This document shows positions 1 to 12,848 of a stretch of 32,296 bases of DNA, piece after piece. The stretch is from assembly GCA_964490075.1 (NCBI GenBank), contig CAZBBK010000067.1, positions 1-32,296 on the forward strand, written 5' to 3'. The DNA is from an uncultured Gemmatimonadota bacterium (GTDB lineage: Bacteria > GCA-2686955). The notes beneath the pieces are model-generated. The model saw only the letters and a program-made list of their open reading frames with translations, was not told where the DNA came from and did not search any database. Every line of letters starts with the position of its first letter. The first letter of the stretch is position 1. The translations under genes were made by a program, and so were the position numbers.

Positions 1-54
1 TTCGGTCGCTCCGCGGTCGCTCGCGGCGGCTGAGTCGGGTCAGCGGGTGGTTCT

Positions 55-234
55 GGCTCTGGAGTTTCGACTTGGCGAGCCTCTACGCAAGGAGCGGCTG
101 GCACGCGAAGAAGTTCAGTCGAGACCGCCCCTCCAACCGCGGATGGATCCCCGGATGCCCGCGGAATCCCGCCGGATCCGCGCCTCTTCGCGGAGTGCGT
201 CGATCGAGAAGCGCCATGTCGAGACGCCAGAGCC
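55..234. repeat. Non-coding hairpin/MITE-like element, copy 1
   Basis: Imperfect terminal inverted repeat 55-77 / 212-234 (20 of 23 complementary) and an inner stem CGCGAAGAAG/CCTCTTCGCG. Positions 102-233 align without gaps to 14606-14737 with 26 mismatches in 132 bp (hand count). Confidence 0.75.
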
Positions 235-255
235 CCACCCGCTATCATCGCGCCC

Positions 256-2268
256 ATGCCCCACTCCGCCCCTGGCGCCGCCACCGACTACACCCACCCC
301 GCGCTCGATCCGGCCCGCTGGCGCCTGCTCTTCGCCGCGATCCTGGTGCTCGGCTTCGCGCTGCGGGCGCTCTACCTCTTGCACTTCTCGGCCTCCCCCC
401 TCTTCGATGCCCCGGTCGGCCCCGATGTCACGGAGTACCTGCGGCGCGCCAAGGAGATCCTCTCCGGTCGCATCTTGTGGACCAAGGTCCAGTTCCACGG
501 CCCCGGCTACGCCTGGTTTCTGGCCGCGCTCTACCGTCTCTGCGGCGGCAATCTCTTAGCCGTCCGGGCCCTGCAGCTGCTCGCCGGCCTGGGCTCGATG
601 ACCTTGATGACGCTGACCCTGCGGCGCCTGGCCGGTCCGCGGCCGGCCCTGCTCTGCGCCCTCTTCTGGGTGCTCTACGCGCCCCTGATCTACTACGAAG
701 CCGAGCTGGTCAGCGAGGGCTTGGTGCTGCTCCTGCTCAGCGCGGCGCTCTACACGCTCGCCCGCTACCAGAGTGCGCGCCATTGGCGGCTTCCCTTGCT
801 GGCCGGGCTCTTCTGTGGCGGCGCCGCGATCACCCATCCGACCTCGCTCTTGCCCGCCGCCGCGCTCTTCGCATGGATGCTCCTGCGCTCGATCCGGGAA
901 GATCGCTCCCTTCCGGCCACGGCGAAGCTGCTGCTGATGCCCCTGGCGATGGCCTTGGTGGTGCTGCCCGTCACCGCCCGGAACTACGCGGTTTCGGGCG
1001 AGCTGGTGCTGATCCAGAAGCGTGACGGCCTCAACTTCTTCATCGGCAACAACCCCGAGGCCGACGGCACCTGCTATGTTCGGCCGGGCGCGCCCTGGCT
1101 GATGCTGAACGCGCTTCCGGGACCCGGCAGGACCCTCTCCGAACGCAACGCTTTTTTCTACGGGAAGTCGCTCGAGTTCATCAAGGAGCAACCGGGCGAC
1201 TATCTGCGCCTGCTGCTGCGCAAGCTGCTCTACGCGGTGAACCACCGCGAGCTGACAGCGGGCGCCGACTCCGAGGAGCTCTACTTCGCGACACCCTTCA
1301 TGCGCTGGCCCCTGCCGGGCTTCGGCGTGCTCGGCGTGCTGCTGATCGTCGCGCTCGGGGTGGTGCGCGGCCCCCCTGCTCTGCTGCTGCCGATCATCGC
1401 CGGCTACTGGGGCGGAATGACGATCTTCGTGGTCAGCGGCCGCTACCGCGTCGGCATGCTCGGCGCGGCCATCGCCCTGGCCGCCTGCGCCGTCGACCAA
1501 ATCGTGGTGCGGCGCCGGGAGCGGAAGGTGCAGCTGGCGGTGCTCGCCGGCCTGCTGGCCGGCGCCGCAATGGTGTTTCTACCAGATCCCCCCGCGCTGC
1601 CGAGCGCGCGCCTGGAAAAGCTCGAGCTCTACGCCGAAGCCTACCTGCACCAGCGACGCTTCGAGGACGCGGCGCGCAGTGCCGAGGAGCGCATCGCGCT
1701 CGCCGACGGGTTTGGAGCACGGCTGATGCAGGGCCAGGCGCTGCTGCAGCTGGGACGCATCGGGGAAGCCCGCGACGCCTTCGAGCGGGCCTGCGAGCTC
1801 AACCCCCGCTCACTGCGCGCGCGGGTCTACCTGGCGAGCTGCCTGCGTCGCGAGGGTGCGCTCGGGCAGGCGCTCGGCGAGATCGAGCGCTGCGAAAGGA
1901 CCAGCCCGCGCTCGCCGGAGGTGCTCTTCGAGGCCGGGATGATCCACGCACGCCTCGGCGACCCCGAGCGGGCACGCTCCTACTACGATGCCACCTTGGC
2001 GCGGCAGCCCGGCCACAGCGGTGCCTTGACCCGCCGCGGCAAGCTGCGCCTCGACGCCGGGGATACGCGCGCGGCGCTGGGCGACCTGGAGCGGGCCTGC
2101 GAGCTCGATCCCAGGAGCTTCATGGCCGCCTATCATGCCGCGCTCTGCTGCGAGCGCCTGGGCGCCGCCGACCAGGCGCGGGCCCATGCCGAGCAGGCCT
2201 CGCGGCTGGATCGCACCGGCGATCCGGGGCTGCGCGCGCTGCTGCGGCGGCTCGACGCTGCGAAGTGA
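256..2268 (+). CDS. Polytopic membrane glycosyltransferase (GT39/ArnT-PMT-like) with C-terminal TPR repeats
   Basis: Many hydrophobic helices, early acidic loop (GPDVTEY...HGPGYAWFLA), RNY...GLNFFIGNNPEADG and RYR motifs, then TPR-like helical repeats (e.g. AFERACELNP). Confidence 0.8.
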   Translation: MPHSAPGAATDYTHPALDPARWRLLFAAILVLGFALRALYLLHFSASPLFDAPVGPDVTEYLRRAKEILSGRILWTKVQFHGPGYAWFLAALYRLCGGNLLAVRALQLLAGLGSMTLMTLTLRRLAGPRPALLCALFWVLYAPLIYYEAELVSEGLVLLLLSAALYTLARYQSARHWRLPLLAGLFCGGAAITHPTSLLPAAALFAWMLLRSIREDRSLPATAKLLLMPLAMALVVLPVTARNYAVSGELVLIQKRDGLNFFIGNNPEADGTCYVRPGAPWLMLNALPGPGRTLSERNAFFYGKSLEFIKEQPGDYLRLLLRKLLYAVNHRELTAGADSEELYFATPFMRWPLPGFGVLGVLLIVALGVVRGPPALLLPIIAGYWGGMTIFVVSGRYRVGMLGAAIALAACAVDQIVVRRRERKVQLAVLAGLLAGAAMVFLPDPPALPSARLEKLELYAEAYLHQRRFEDAARSAEERIALADGFGARLMQGQALLQLGRIGEARDAFERACELNPRSLRARVYLASCLRREGALGQALGEIERCERTSPRSPEVLFEAGMIHARLGDPERARSYYDATLARQPGHSGALTRRGKLRLDAGDTRAALGDLERACELDPRSFMAAYHAALCCERLGAADQARAHAEQASRLDRTGDPGLRALLRRLDAAK

Positions 2269-2274
2269 GAGGGC

Positions 2275-3126
2275 TCAGGGAGCTTCGCCGCCCCCCCATC
2301 CCTCGATCAGCCGCCGCACCACCGCCGGCACCCCCTCTCCGGCCGCCAGCGCCAGATGACCACCGCCGCGGCTCTGCTCGGCCATGCGCGCGAACACGCC
2401 CGCCTCGGGGTTGATGTCGACGATCGGGATCTCCCGCCGCAGCGCCGTCTCACCGATCACCGCCGGCAGCGTGGTGGCGCCGGTGGTGCCGATCACCAGC
2501 AGCAGATCGGCCCTCCCGGCCACCTCGAGGGCGCTGTCGGAGCGACAGTTGGCCTCGGTGTAGTACTCGTCGAACCAGAGCACGTGGGGCCGCATCCAGG
2601 CGCCGCAGCGCCGGCAGTGCAGAATCTCCACCTGCTCCCTGCTCAGAGCCGGCCCCTCGCCCACGCTGTCGACCGACTCGGGCAGGGGCCGCGGGGCGCC
2701 GCCCGCGCATTCCACCGAGCAGCGCATGCGGGCGATGCTGCCGTGGATCTCGTAGATGCGCGCGTGCGAGCTGCCCGCCGCGCGGTGCAGGCCGTCGACG
2801 TTCTGCGTGACCAGGGCGAAGCGATCATCCAGCGCCCGCTCCAGCTCGACCAGCGCGTGGTGGGCCGGGTTGGGTTTCGCCGCCAGGCATTTCGAGCGCC
2901 GGAACAGATACCAGGCCCACACCGTCTCCGGATCGCGCAGAAAACAGGCCTTGGTCGCCATCTCTTCCGGCGTGTGGTTGGCGGAGCCCTGGGTCCAGAA
3001 ACCGTCGGCGCCGCGGAAGGTGGGGATGCCGCTCTCGGCCGAGATCCCGGCGCCGGTCAACGCCACCACGAAGGGATGCGCCGCGGCCAGCTCGCCCACG
3101 CGGTCCAGGAGCGAATCGTGCGTCAT
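2275..3126 (-). CDS. cobB: NAD-dependent protein deacylase (sirtuin, CobB/class III-like)
   Basis: GAGISAESGIPTFRG, TQNVDGLH, HGS, Zn-binding CSVEC/CRRC, RPHVLWFDE; YLFR fits the YxxR desuccinylase signature. ATG at 3126 overlaps the upstream stop (ATGA). Confidence 0.9.
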   Translation of the reverse strand: MTHDSLLDRVGELAAAHPFVVALTGAGISAESGIPTFRGADGFWTQGSANHTPEEMATKACFLRDPETVWAWYLFRRSKCLAAKPNPAHHALVELERALDDRFALVTQNVDGLHRAAGSSHARIYEIHGSIARMRCSVECAGGAPRPLPESVDSVGEGPALSREQVEILHCRRCGAWMRPHVLWFDEYYTEANCRSDSALEVAGRADLLLVIGTTGATTLPAVIGETALRREIPIVDINPEAGVFARMAEQSRGGGHLALAAGEGVPAVVRRLIEGWGGGEAP

Positions 3127-4574
3127 GGTTCTCTTCCTTCCAACACCAGCGCGCCCCACAGATCGGGCGTCGACCAGCACCAGGTGGAGGCATCGACCGA
3201 GTAGCACCACTGGTGGGTGGGCTCGGGCCCCAGCAAGACGACGTTGAAGGCGAGACCGGCCCCGGCGGCCCCCTCCCAGCCCGGCAGAGCCTCGGCCGGA
3301 AGCGCGACCCGCGTCCACCACCGCTCGCCCGTCTCGCCGGCGGTCATCACCTGCGGCAGCGGCCGGCCGCGGGTCGGGCCCAGGGAACGCGGCGCCGGCG
3401 GCGAGTGCGCGCCCTCCCAGAGCAGCGACCAGGCAGGGTTGCCTTCGTCCGCCGGCCCGGCACCGGTGGGCAGGGCCGACACCATGATCATCGCCAAGGG
3501 CTCGCCTCGGTCGACCTGGGGGCGATCGGGCCAATACAGGTCGAGCACCAGCCCGCGCTCGGTCCAGCCCAGCGCCGCCGCGACCCGGGGCAGATCCGCC
3601 GGCGGCGGACCCGGAGGACTGTAGATTCCGGGGCGGCTCCAGCGCAGCGGAATCGGCGTCGCCGGCGAGCCGTCGGTGAGGGCGCGGGCCACCGCAAGTG
3701 GAGCTGGCGGCTCGGCCACGTAGCGCCGCTCTCGGCGCCAGATCGAGGGCCCGATGCGGTGCAGCTCGCAACTCTCGCTGACCACCAGGAGATCCTCCCC
3801 GTCCCAGGCGATCCCTTCCGCCTGCCCGACTTCGATGCGGGAGCGCCGCGGCGGGTTCGCGAGCAAGGGCGCGCCCGGTCCGGTGCGTTCGAAAACCTGG
3901 ATCTGGTCGTAGCTGAGCACCGCCAGACGGCGCCCATCCGGGTGCAGGTCGGCGCCGGTCACCATCGAGAAGCTGGCGACCGAGTCGTTCGACTCCAGGC
4001 GCTGCTTGGCGTCGCCCACGATCGGCTCGAATCGGTAGAGACGGGTGCGGGGTTGGCTGCGGTCCTTGGTCAACAGGTGCAGGCGACCGTCGGCGAAGAA
4101 GCTGGCTTCGACGTCGAAGGGCAACCCCTCGCGCGGCGGGAAGTGCTTCTGGTCCCGATATCCGAAGGGAACGCGCCACTTCACCCGCACCGAGCGTTTC
4201 CGCCAGGGATCGGGCTCCTCGACCACGTAGATCAGAAGATTCCGTCGATCGTTCTTGTTGTTGCCGGTGTCGGCGATGTAGAGGCGGCCGGAGTCGTCGA
4301 GGGTGAGCGACTCCCAGTCCCGGTTCTGCGCGCCGCGCACCTTCACGATGCCGATGTGTTTCCCGTGGCGGTCGAAGGCGAAGAGCTCGGCCTTGCCGCC
4401 GGAATCGTTCAGGGTCCACAGCACGCCGGGGTGGCGCCGGCTCTGCACCAGGGCCGAGGGCTCCTGCAACCCCTTGGCACGCCAGCGGCGCTCCGGCGAC
4501 CACGACGAGTCGGCGGCGGCGCTCTCCGCGAGAAGAGCGGCGCAGGCCAGGAATGTCAGCGCGTGAGACAGCAA
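3123..4574 (-). CDS. Secreted protein: beta-propeller-like N-terminal domain plus possible CBM9/DOMON-like C-terminal domain
   Basis: Signal-peptide-like N-terminus; EPSAL...LWTLNDSG...DWESL...LYIADTGNN...DVEA...GQAEGIAW pattern; overlaps both neighbours as in an operon. TTG start uncertain. Confidence 0.65.
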   Translation of the reverse strand: MLSHALTFLACAALLAESAAADSSWSPERRWRAKGLQEPSALVQSRRHPGVLWTLNDSGGKAELFAFDRHGKHIGIVKVRGAQNRDWESLTLDDSGRLYIADTGNNKNDRRNLLIYVVEEPDPWRKRSVRVKWRVPFGYRDQKHFPPREGLPFDVEASFFADGRLHLLTKDRSQPRTRLYRFEPIVGDAKQRLESNDSVASFSMVTGADLHPDGRRLAVLSYDQIQVFERTGPGAPLLANPPRRSRIEVGQAEGIAWDGEDLLVVSESCELHRIGPSIWRRERRYVAEPPAPLAVARALTDGSPATPIPLRWSRPGIYSPPGPPPADLPRVAAALGWTERGLVLDLYWPDRPQVDRGEPLAMIMVSALPTGAGPADEGNPAWSLLWEGAHSPPAPRSLGPTRGRPLPQVMTAGETGERWWTRVALPAEALPGWEGAAGAGLAFNVVLLGPEPTHQWCYSVDASTWCWSTPDLWGALVLEGREP

Positions 4575-7021
4575 TGCTTGTACTTTCTACCGCTGCCACA
4601 GGGACAGGGATCGTTCCGTTTTGGGGCCCGGACGCCGGGTGCGGCGAGCGGCACGGCCTGCGCCTGCGCGATCTCGCGGCTGCGCTTGTCGCGCATGCGA
4701 ATCTCGAGCATGGCGTTCGCCGCTTCCTCTAGCTGCTGCGCTTCGCTCTCCAGAGCCGGGTTCGCTTCGATCTCGAGCTTCATGCGCGCTCGGGCGCTGG
4801 TCACGGCGTCGAGGGCCCGCTGGCAGTCGCGGTCTTCGAGGTGGGCCAGGGCGCGGATCAGGTCGGATTCCGCGGCGCGCAGCCCCTCGAGCTCGCTCCA
4901 GGCGTCGCCGATGCGGCCCAGGGCCAGCAGCCGCCGCGCCTTCAGCATCCGCGCCGCGGGAAGATCGGCATCGTAGCCCTCGGCCAGGAACGCGCGCACG
5001 CTGGTGAACGCGCTGCCGTCGGCGGCACGCAGCTGCGCCGGGCGCAGCCCCGGACGGTCCCTTTCGGCCACCAGTGCCATCGCCGAGCTGACCAGGGGCG
5101 CCAGCTCGTCCACCGCATCGCAGCAGGGGCAGCGGATGGAGCTGCCCGGCAGCACTCCGGCGCTGCCGTTGGTGCTCTGCACCAGCTCCGGATCGACCGC
5201 GACCCGATCGACCGGCGCGGCGGAGATGCGGCCGCAGGCGCTGCAGCGCAGCTCCAGCCAGCCATCCGGAAGTTCGCCCTGCTCGCCGCTCTTGGTCCCC
5301 GTGCGCACCACTTTTCGGAGCCGCTCCATGACCTCGGCGTCGGCGCCGACCAGCGCCGCCAGGGCCAGGGCGTTGGCCGCCGTACGCGGCGTGCGCGGCA
5401 CGCATTCGGCGATCATCCGTTCGCAGATCCCGGCGTGAGGCAGGCGCTGGACCAGCGCCACCAGCGACTCCATGTCGGCGGCCGCGCAGCGCTCCCAGTC
5501 GCCGGCCAGGCGTTCGGCCCAGGCGTCGCGGGTGGGGCTGGCGGCCAGCACGCGCAGCGCCCGCGCCCGGCGCCATTCCTGGTCCCCGGTCAGGAGCTCC
5601 TCGATCTGTTGCGCGAACTCCTCGAAGCGGAAACCGACCGCGCGGCAGGCGCGCACCAGGCGCGGTGCGTCCACCTCCTCCGCGTCCAGCGTCGACCGCA
5701 CGAAGCCGATCCCGCGCTCGTCGCCGCAGGCCACCAGCAGCAGCAGTCCGGCGTGGGCCTTGCTCAGGTCGCCGTCGGTCCAGAGCTTCCCGGCCGCTTC
5801 GCGGATCGCCGCCTCGGCGTCTTCCGCGGGCCGGGCGCTCCCCGCCTCGGAGAGATGCCCGGCCAGACGCAGGGCGCGCAGCGCGAGCTCTTCGCGGTCG
5901 CCCGGCGAGAGGTGATCGCTGCCCAGGGCCACCAGCACCGTGTCGAGCGACGCGTCCCAGCGCGGCAGCGGATCGGGGCGCGGCGCGCGCGCCCGGCGGC
6001 GCCGCTCGGGCGACAGACGCAGCCTCGATCCGGCCGCCACCAGCGCCGCCCAGGGCATCATGATCGGCGGCACGCTGCCGGATCGCTGCAGGGCGGCCAG
6101 TGCCCGCAGCAGCGCGGCCGGCAGCTCGGCGCGCGGCGGCGGATCCTCGATCACGTCGTCGAGATCCTCCAGCAGCGCCCGCAGCACCGGCACCCACTGC
6201 CCGGCGGCGGCCCGCTCCTGCAACCCCTCGACCTCGACACCCGCCGCGCCCAGATGCCGCAGGGCCGGCGTCAACCAGTTCGTCGCCGTGGCGGGCCGCG
6301 GCTGGCCGAGCTCTCGAAGGTCGGGCGCCTCGATCTCGCGGTCCTCCGCCAGTCCCAGGAAACCGGCGATCAGGACCAGGGCGAACCAGTGGGTCACCGG
6401 CGGCTCGGCGTCGCCGAAACGCTGGTGGCCGACGCTCACCAGGATCGCCGCGGCGGGGGCGAAGTCGAGCTCGACCACCGCGTTCATCAGCGAAGGGATC
6501 ACGTCGACCGCCTCGGGCGCGCCCCGCCCCCCCTCTCCGAGCAGCCGCTCACACGCCGGCCCGAGGATCGACGCGTCGCCCGATTCGAGCGCCCAGAGCA
6601 AAGCCTCCGCCAGCGCCTCGGAGAGGCCGCCGGCGCCGGCCTGGTCGCTACGCCGCAGGTGCTCACTCAGGGCATCGTTGACCCGCTCCGGCGCCAGCCA
6701 GCGCAGCGTGGTCAGGGCGCCTTCGTGACCCACCCTCGCGCGTCGCGCCACGTGGTCCGCCAGGCGCCCGATCAGGGCGTCGTCGAGAGGGGCGGTCAGC
6801 CGCGGCGCCAGTTCGGAGAGCGAGCGCAGTGCCGCCCGCTGCACTCTCTGATCGTCATCCTCCAAGAGCTCGATCGCGAGCTCGGCGGCCGCTTCGCAGC
6901 GCGTGCGCTCCCACATCAGCAGGGACGCCGCCCAGAGACGCGCTTCGGCGACCTCGTCGGCAGCACGTGCTCGGAGCACGGACAGATCGTGGGGGCAGGA
7001 ACCATCGAGGAGCGTAGACAT
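4556..7021 (-). CDS. Large helical-repeat protein with a Zn ribbon and C-terminal SEC-C motif
   Basis: C-terminal RNDPCPCGSGRKYKHCC; CSAC...CPCC pair; HEAT/TPR-like helices. ATG 7021 has a GGAG upstream and is preferred over the track start at 7057. Confidence 0.8.
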   Translation of the reverse strand: MSTLLDGSCPHDLSVLRARAADEVAEARLWAASLLMWERTRCEAAAELAIELLEDDDQRVQRAALRSLSELAPRLTAPLDDALIGRLADHVARRARVGHEGALTTLRWLAPERVNDALSEHLRRSDQAGAGGLSEALAEALLWALESGDASILGPACERLLGEGGRGAPEAVDVIPSLMNAVVELDFAPAAAILVSVGHQRFGDAEPPVTHWFALVLIAGFLGLAEDREIEAPDLRELGQPRPATATNWLTPALRHLGAAGVEVEGLQERAAAGQWVPVLRALLEDLDDVIEDPPPRAELPAALLRALAALQRSGSVPPIMMPWAALVAAGSRLRLSPERRRRARAPRPDPLPRWDASLDTVLVALGSDHLSPGDREELALRALRLAGHLSEAGSARPAEDAEAAIREAAGKLWTDGDLSKAHAGLLLLVACGDERGIGFVRSTLDAEEVDAPRLVRACRAVGFRFEEFAQQIEELLTGDQEWRRARALRVLAASPTRDAWAERLAGDWERCAAADMESLVALVQRLPHAGICERMIAECVPRTPRTAANALALAALVGADAEVMERLRKVVRTGTKSGEQGELPDGWLELRCSACGRISAAPVDRVAVDPELVQSTNGSAGVLPGSSIRCPCCDAVDELAPLVSSAMALVAERDRPGLRPAQLRAADGSAFTSVRAFLAEGYDADLPAARMLKARRLLALGRIGDAWSELEGLRAAESDLIRALAHLEDRDCQRALDAVTSARARMKLEIEANPALESEAQQLEEAANAMLEIRMRDKRSREIAQAQAVPLAAPGVRAPKRNDPCPCGSGRKYKHCCLTR

Positions 7022-7041
7022 CGAAGGGCTCCGGAAGAGCT

Positions 7042-7088
7042 GCGCAATCAGATGCACAAGTTCAGGGCACCCGTGCAGTCGATTGCAC
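7042..7088. promoter_or_regulatory. Two related 16-bp dyad boxes, candidate regulator binding sites
   Basis: GCGCAATCAGATGCAC (7042-7057) and near-palindromic GTGCAGTCGATTGCAC (7073-7088), 31 bp apart, in a divergent intergenic region. Confidence 0.35.
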
Positions 7089-7188
7089 GTCGCCCAATCC
7101 AGCAGAAAGGCTCAGAATGGAAGAGTAGCGGTTGGTTTCGTTCCGATCGACGCGCGCCTCTCGGACCCACGCTCTCTGGGGCAAGACG

Positions 7189-7472
7189 ATGAAACATCTG
7201 CGCAGTCCCTTGCAAGTCCCGCTTCTCCTGGCGGCCACCATCGCGGCGCTCGGCTGGGCCCCTCGGGTGCGGGCCGACTTCCATTCCAACCTGCCGCTGC
7301 TCGACGAAGATCCCGACCAGAGCATCCGCCTCGATCAGGCCTGCCCTCAGCCCTGCAGCAGCGACGCCGAGCGCGACATCCCACCCTGGTTCTGGGCCTG
7401 GCTGCGCGGCTTCTGGCGCGAGCACGGAGTCCTGGAGCGGGACGCGCAGCGCGCCGACCAGGGGACCGAACG

Positions 7473-7476
<4 letters not shown>
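7189..7476 (+). CDS. Small secreted hypothetical protein (95 aa)
   Basis: MKHLRSPLQVPLLLAATIAALGWAPRVRA looks like a signal peptide; stop overlaps the ATG of the activator gene (ATGA 7473-7476). Confidence 0.65.
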
Positions 7477-10265
<2,789 letters not shown>

Positions 10266-10288
10266 TCGCTTTCCGATATCATCCCGCC

Positions 10289-11122
10289 ATGCGCAACGTC
10301 GTCCTCATCAGCGCGCTCGTGTTGGCGTGGAGCAGCGGGCTCGGCCCGGCCGCGGCGCAGGGCGATCGCGACCTGCAGTTCCCTCGCGGCGTGCTCGATG
10401 TCGAGGAGCCGATCGCTCCGGCGGGACCCATCGTCCTGCGCCTGGAGCGGATCGAGCTGCTCGCCGATCTGGGGCCCGGAGCGGGCGCCCGCGCGCCGCT
10501 CGACCGCCTGCTGCTGGTCGCCCGCCTCGGCGGGGAGATCGATCGCCTGCTCGGCTCCAGCTCTGTGCCTTTTCCGATTCGGCTGGCGGCGCTGCCGCCC
10601 GGCGCTCTGCCCCCCGACGATCGCCCGATCCTGCCGCTGCCGCCGCACGGCCGACCGCTGATTCCCGGTGCCCTGCTGCCGGAGTGGCTGCAGCGGATCG
10701 AGGAGGCGCTCTCGATCGAGCTGCCGGAGCCGGACAACCCGGGCGGCACCTACTGGCCCCATCGTCTCTACACGGTCAAGGTCGAGGGCACTCTCGATCA
10801 CACCGACGCCCGCGAGACTCTGCAGCGCCTGGAGCAGGCCTGTGAGCCCTTCACCGGCTGGCGCCCCGATCCCAGCGTCGACTGGAACACCTTCCCCTTG
10901 ATGGTGCGCGGCCCGGGCGCCGATCCGATCTACGTCGAGCGAGCCAGCGCCGACGGTCGCCGATTCCGCATCGGCTTCGGGCTCTTCCTGCGCGAAGACG
11001 ACGCCCGGCGCCTGGCGACATCGATCTCGAGCTGCCTGGGGCGCTCGCTGGGGGTCGCCGCCATCCAGAACGAGGGCCGCAACCTGGCCCTGGTGCACGG
11101 CTCTCGGGTGAGAATCCCGTAG
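10289..11122 (+). CDS. Secreted hypothetical protein with possible C-terminal SPOR-like domain
   Basis: Signal peptide MRNVVLISALVLAWSSGLGPAAA; C-terminal RFRIGFGLFLREDDARRLA resembles a SPOR repeat. Confidence 0.55.
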   Translation: MRNVVLISALVLAWSSGLGPAAAQGDRDLQFPRGVLDVEEPIAPAGPIVLRLERIELLADLGPGAGARAPLDRLLLVARLGGEIDRLLGSSSVPFPIRLAALPPGALPPDDRPILPLPPHGRPLIPGALLPEWLQRIEEALSIELPEPDNPGGTYWPHRLYTVKVEGTLDHTDARETLQRLEQACEPFTGWRPDPSVDWNTFPLMVRGPGADPIYVERASADGRRFRIGFGLFLREDDARRLATSISSCLGRSLGVAAIQNEGRNLALVHGSRVRIP

Positions 11123-11129
11123 GACCAAG

Positions 11130-12848
11130 TTGAAGATCGGATTCGCCTCGACCCGACGGCTTCGGCTGATCGCGCTTGCGACGCTTGCGGCCCTCGCTCC
11201 CCTCGCCACGGGCACCGCGCGCGCCGCTCACGCCCCTCCCACGCGGGCTGCGCGGGGCATGGTGGTGGCGGGGCATCGGCTGGCGGTGGAGGCCGGCGTG
11301 GAGGCGCTGCGCGCGGGGGGCACCGCGGTCGATGCCGCGGTGACGACGGCCTTCGCGCTGGCCGTGGTCAGCCCCAAGGACGGCAACCTGGGCGGCGGCG
11401 GATTCCTGGTGGCGCGCGGCGCCGGCGGCCGCGAGCATGCCCTCGACTTCCGCGAGGTGGCACCGCTGGCGGCCGGCCGCGACATGTTCCTCGACGAGCG
11501 CGGCGAAGTCGTGCCGCGGCGCTCCTTGGACGGCTGGTTGGCGGTCGCGGTGCCGGGGGCGGTGGCCGGCTACCTGGAGGCGGCCGAGAGACTGGGCCGG
11601 CTGCCGCGCGCGCGCTTGCTGGCGCCGGCGATCGCGCTGGCCCGGCAGGGCTTCGTGCTCGACCAGACCGACGCCCGGTGGCTGGCGCGGGGCGCCGAGA
11701 GGCTGCGCGGCGATCCCGGCGCGCGCGCCCTCTTCGTGCGCTCCGATCGCCCCTGGGCCGCCGGCGATACGCTGCGCCAGATCGACCTGGCGCGCACCCT
11801 GGAGGCGATCGCGCGGAGCGGCCGCGAGGGCTTCTACGGCGCCGACACCGCCGCCAGGATCGCGGCCGCGATGCGCGCGCGGGGCGGCCTCATCAGCCGC
11901 GCCGACCTGGCCGGCTACCACCCGCGCTGGCGGGAGCCCCTGGTCGGCAGCTACCGGGGGCTGCGCGTGATCTCGATGCCCCCGCCATCTTCGGGCGGCG
12001 TGGCGCTCTTGCAGATGCTGGCGATGACCGAGGCGCACGATCCGGCCGCGCTGGGCGCCGGCTCCTCGGCCTGGATCCACCTGCGGGCCGAGGTGGCGCG
12101 CCGGGCCTTCGCCGACCGATCCCGACACCTGGCCGATCCCGACTACTGGCCGGTGCCCCTCGCCGCGCTCCTCGATCCGGCCCACCCGCGCCGGCGGATG
12201 GCCGACTTCGACCCTCGGCGGGCCTCGTCCAGCGTGGCGCCCACCCCCCTGCCGCCCCCCGAGGGCGACCACACCACGCACATTTCCGTGGTCGACGCCG
12301 AGGGCGCGGCGGCTTCGATGACCGTCACCCTGAACGCCTACTTCGGCGCCGCGGTGGTCGCTCCGGGGACCGGCTTCCTGCTCAACGACGAGATGGACGA
12401 CTTCTCCGCCAAGCCCGGGATCCCCAACCAGTTCGGCCTGGTCGGGGCGGAAGCCAACGCGGTGGCGCCGGGCAAGCGTCCGCTCTCCTCGATGACCCCG
12501 ACGATCCTGACCCGCGACGACCGGGTTTGGATGGTGGTCGGCAGCCCCGGCGGCTCCAAGATCATCAGCACCGTCTACCAGGTGATCTGCAACGTGGTCG
12601 ACCTGGGCATGGACATCCAGGCCGCGGTCTCCTGGCCGCGCACCCATCATCAATGGCTGCCGAACCGGCTGCGCGCGGAGCCCGACGCGCTCTCGGCCGA
12701 CGTCGCCCGGGCGCTCGAGGAGCGCGGCCACGAGCTCGACATCCGCGCCGAGCCCTGGAGCCGCGCCGATGCCATTCTGGTCGCCGATGACGGCCGTCTC
12801 GAAGGCGGCGCCGATCCGCGCGGGCCGCACGTGGCGGGGGGGTACTGA
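11130..12848 (+). CDS. ggt: Gamma-glutamyltransferase
   Basis: GGTAVDAAV, LGGGGF, DFREVAP, PPSSGG, catalytic HTTHISVVD, LNDEMDDF, PLSSMTP, GSPGG, ADPR; signal peptide. Confidence 0.95.
   Translation: MKIGFASTRRLRLIALATLAALAPLATGTARAAHAPPTRAARGMVVAGHRLAVEAGVEALRAGGTAVDAAVTTAFALAVVSPKDGNLGGGGFLVARGAGGREHALDFREVAPLAAGRDMFLDERGEVVPRRSLDGWLAVAVPGAVAGYLEAAERLGRLPRARLLAPAIALARQGFVLDQTDARWLARGAERLRGDPGARALFVRSDRPWAAGDTLRQIDLARTLEAIARSGREGFYGADTAARIAAAMRARGGLISRADLAGYHPRWREPLVGSYRGLRVISMPPPSSGGVALLQMLAMTEAHDPAALGAGSSAWIHLRAEVARRAFADRSRHLADPDYWPVPLAALLDPAHPRRRMADFDPRRASSSVAPTPLPPPEGDHTTHISVVDAEGAAASMTVTLNAYFGAAVVAPGTGFLLNDEMDDFSAKPGIPNQFGLVGAEANAVAPGKRPLSSMTPTILTRDDRVWMVVGSPGGSKIISTVYQVICNVVDLGMDIQAAVSWPRTHHQWLPNRLRAEPDALSADVARALEERGHELDIRAEPWSRADAILVADDGRLEGGADPRGPHVAGGY

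Noticed and set aside
2275-3126. Sirtuin as an anti-phage SIR2 effector (Thoeris/DSR type)
   Set aside because: It has canonical Zn-binding CobB motifs and length, and no defence partner genes are nearby. The 774-aa track ORF is an artefactual upstream extension.
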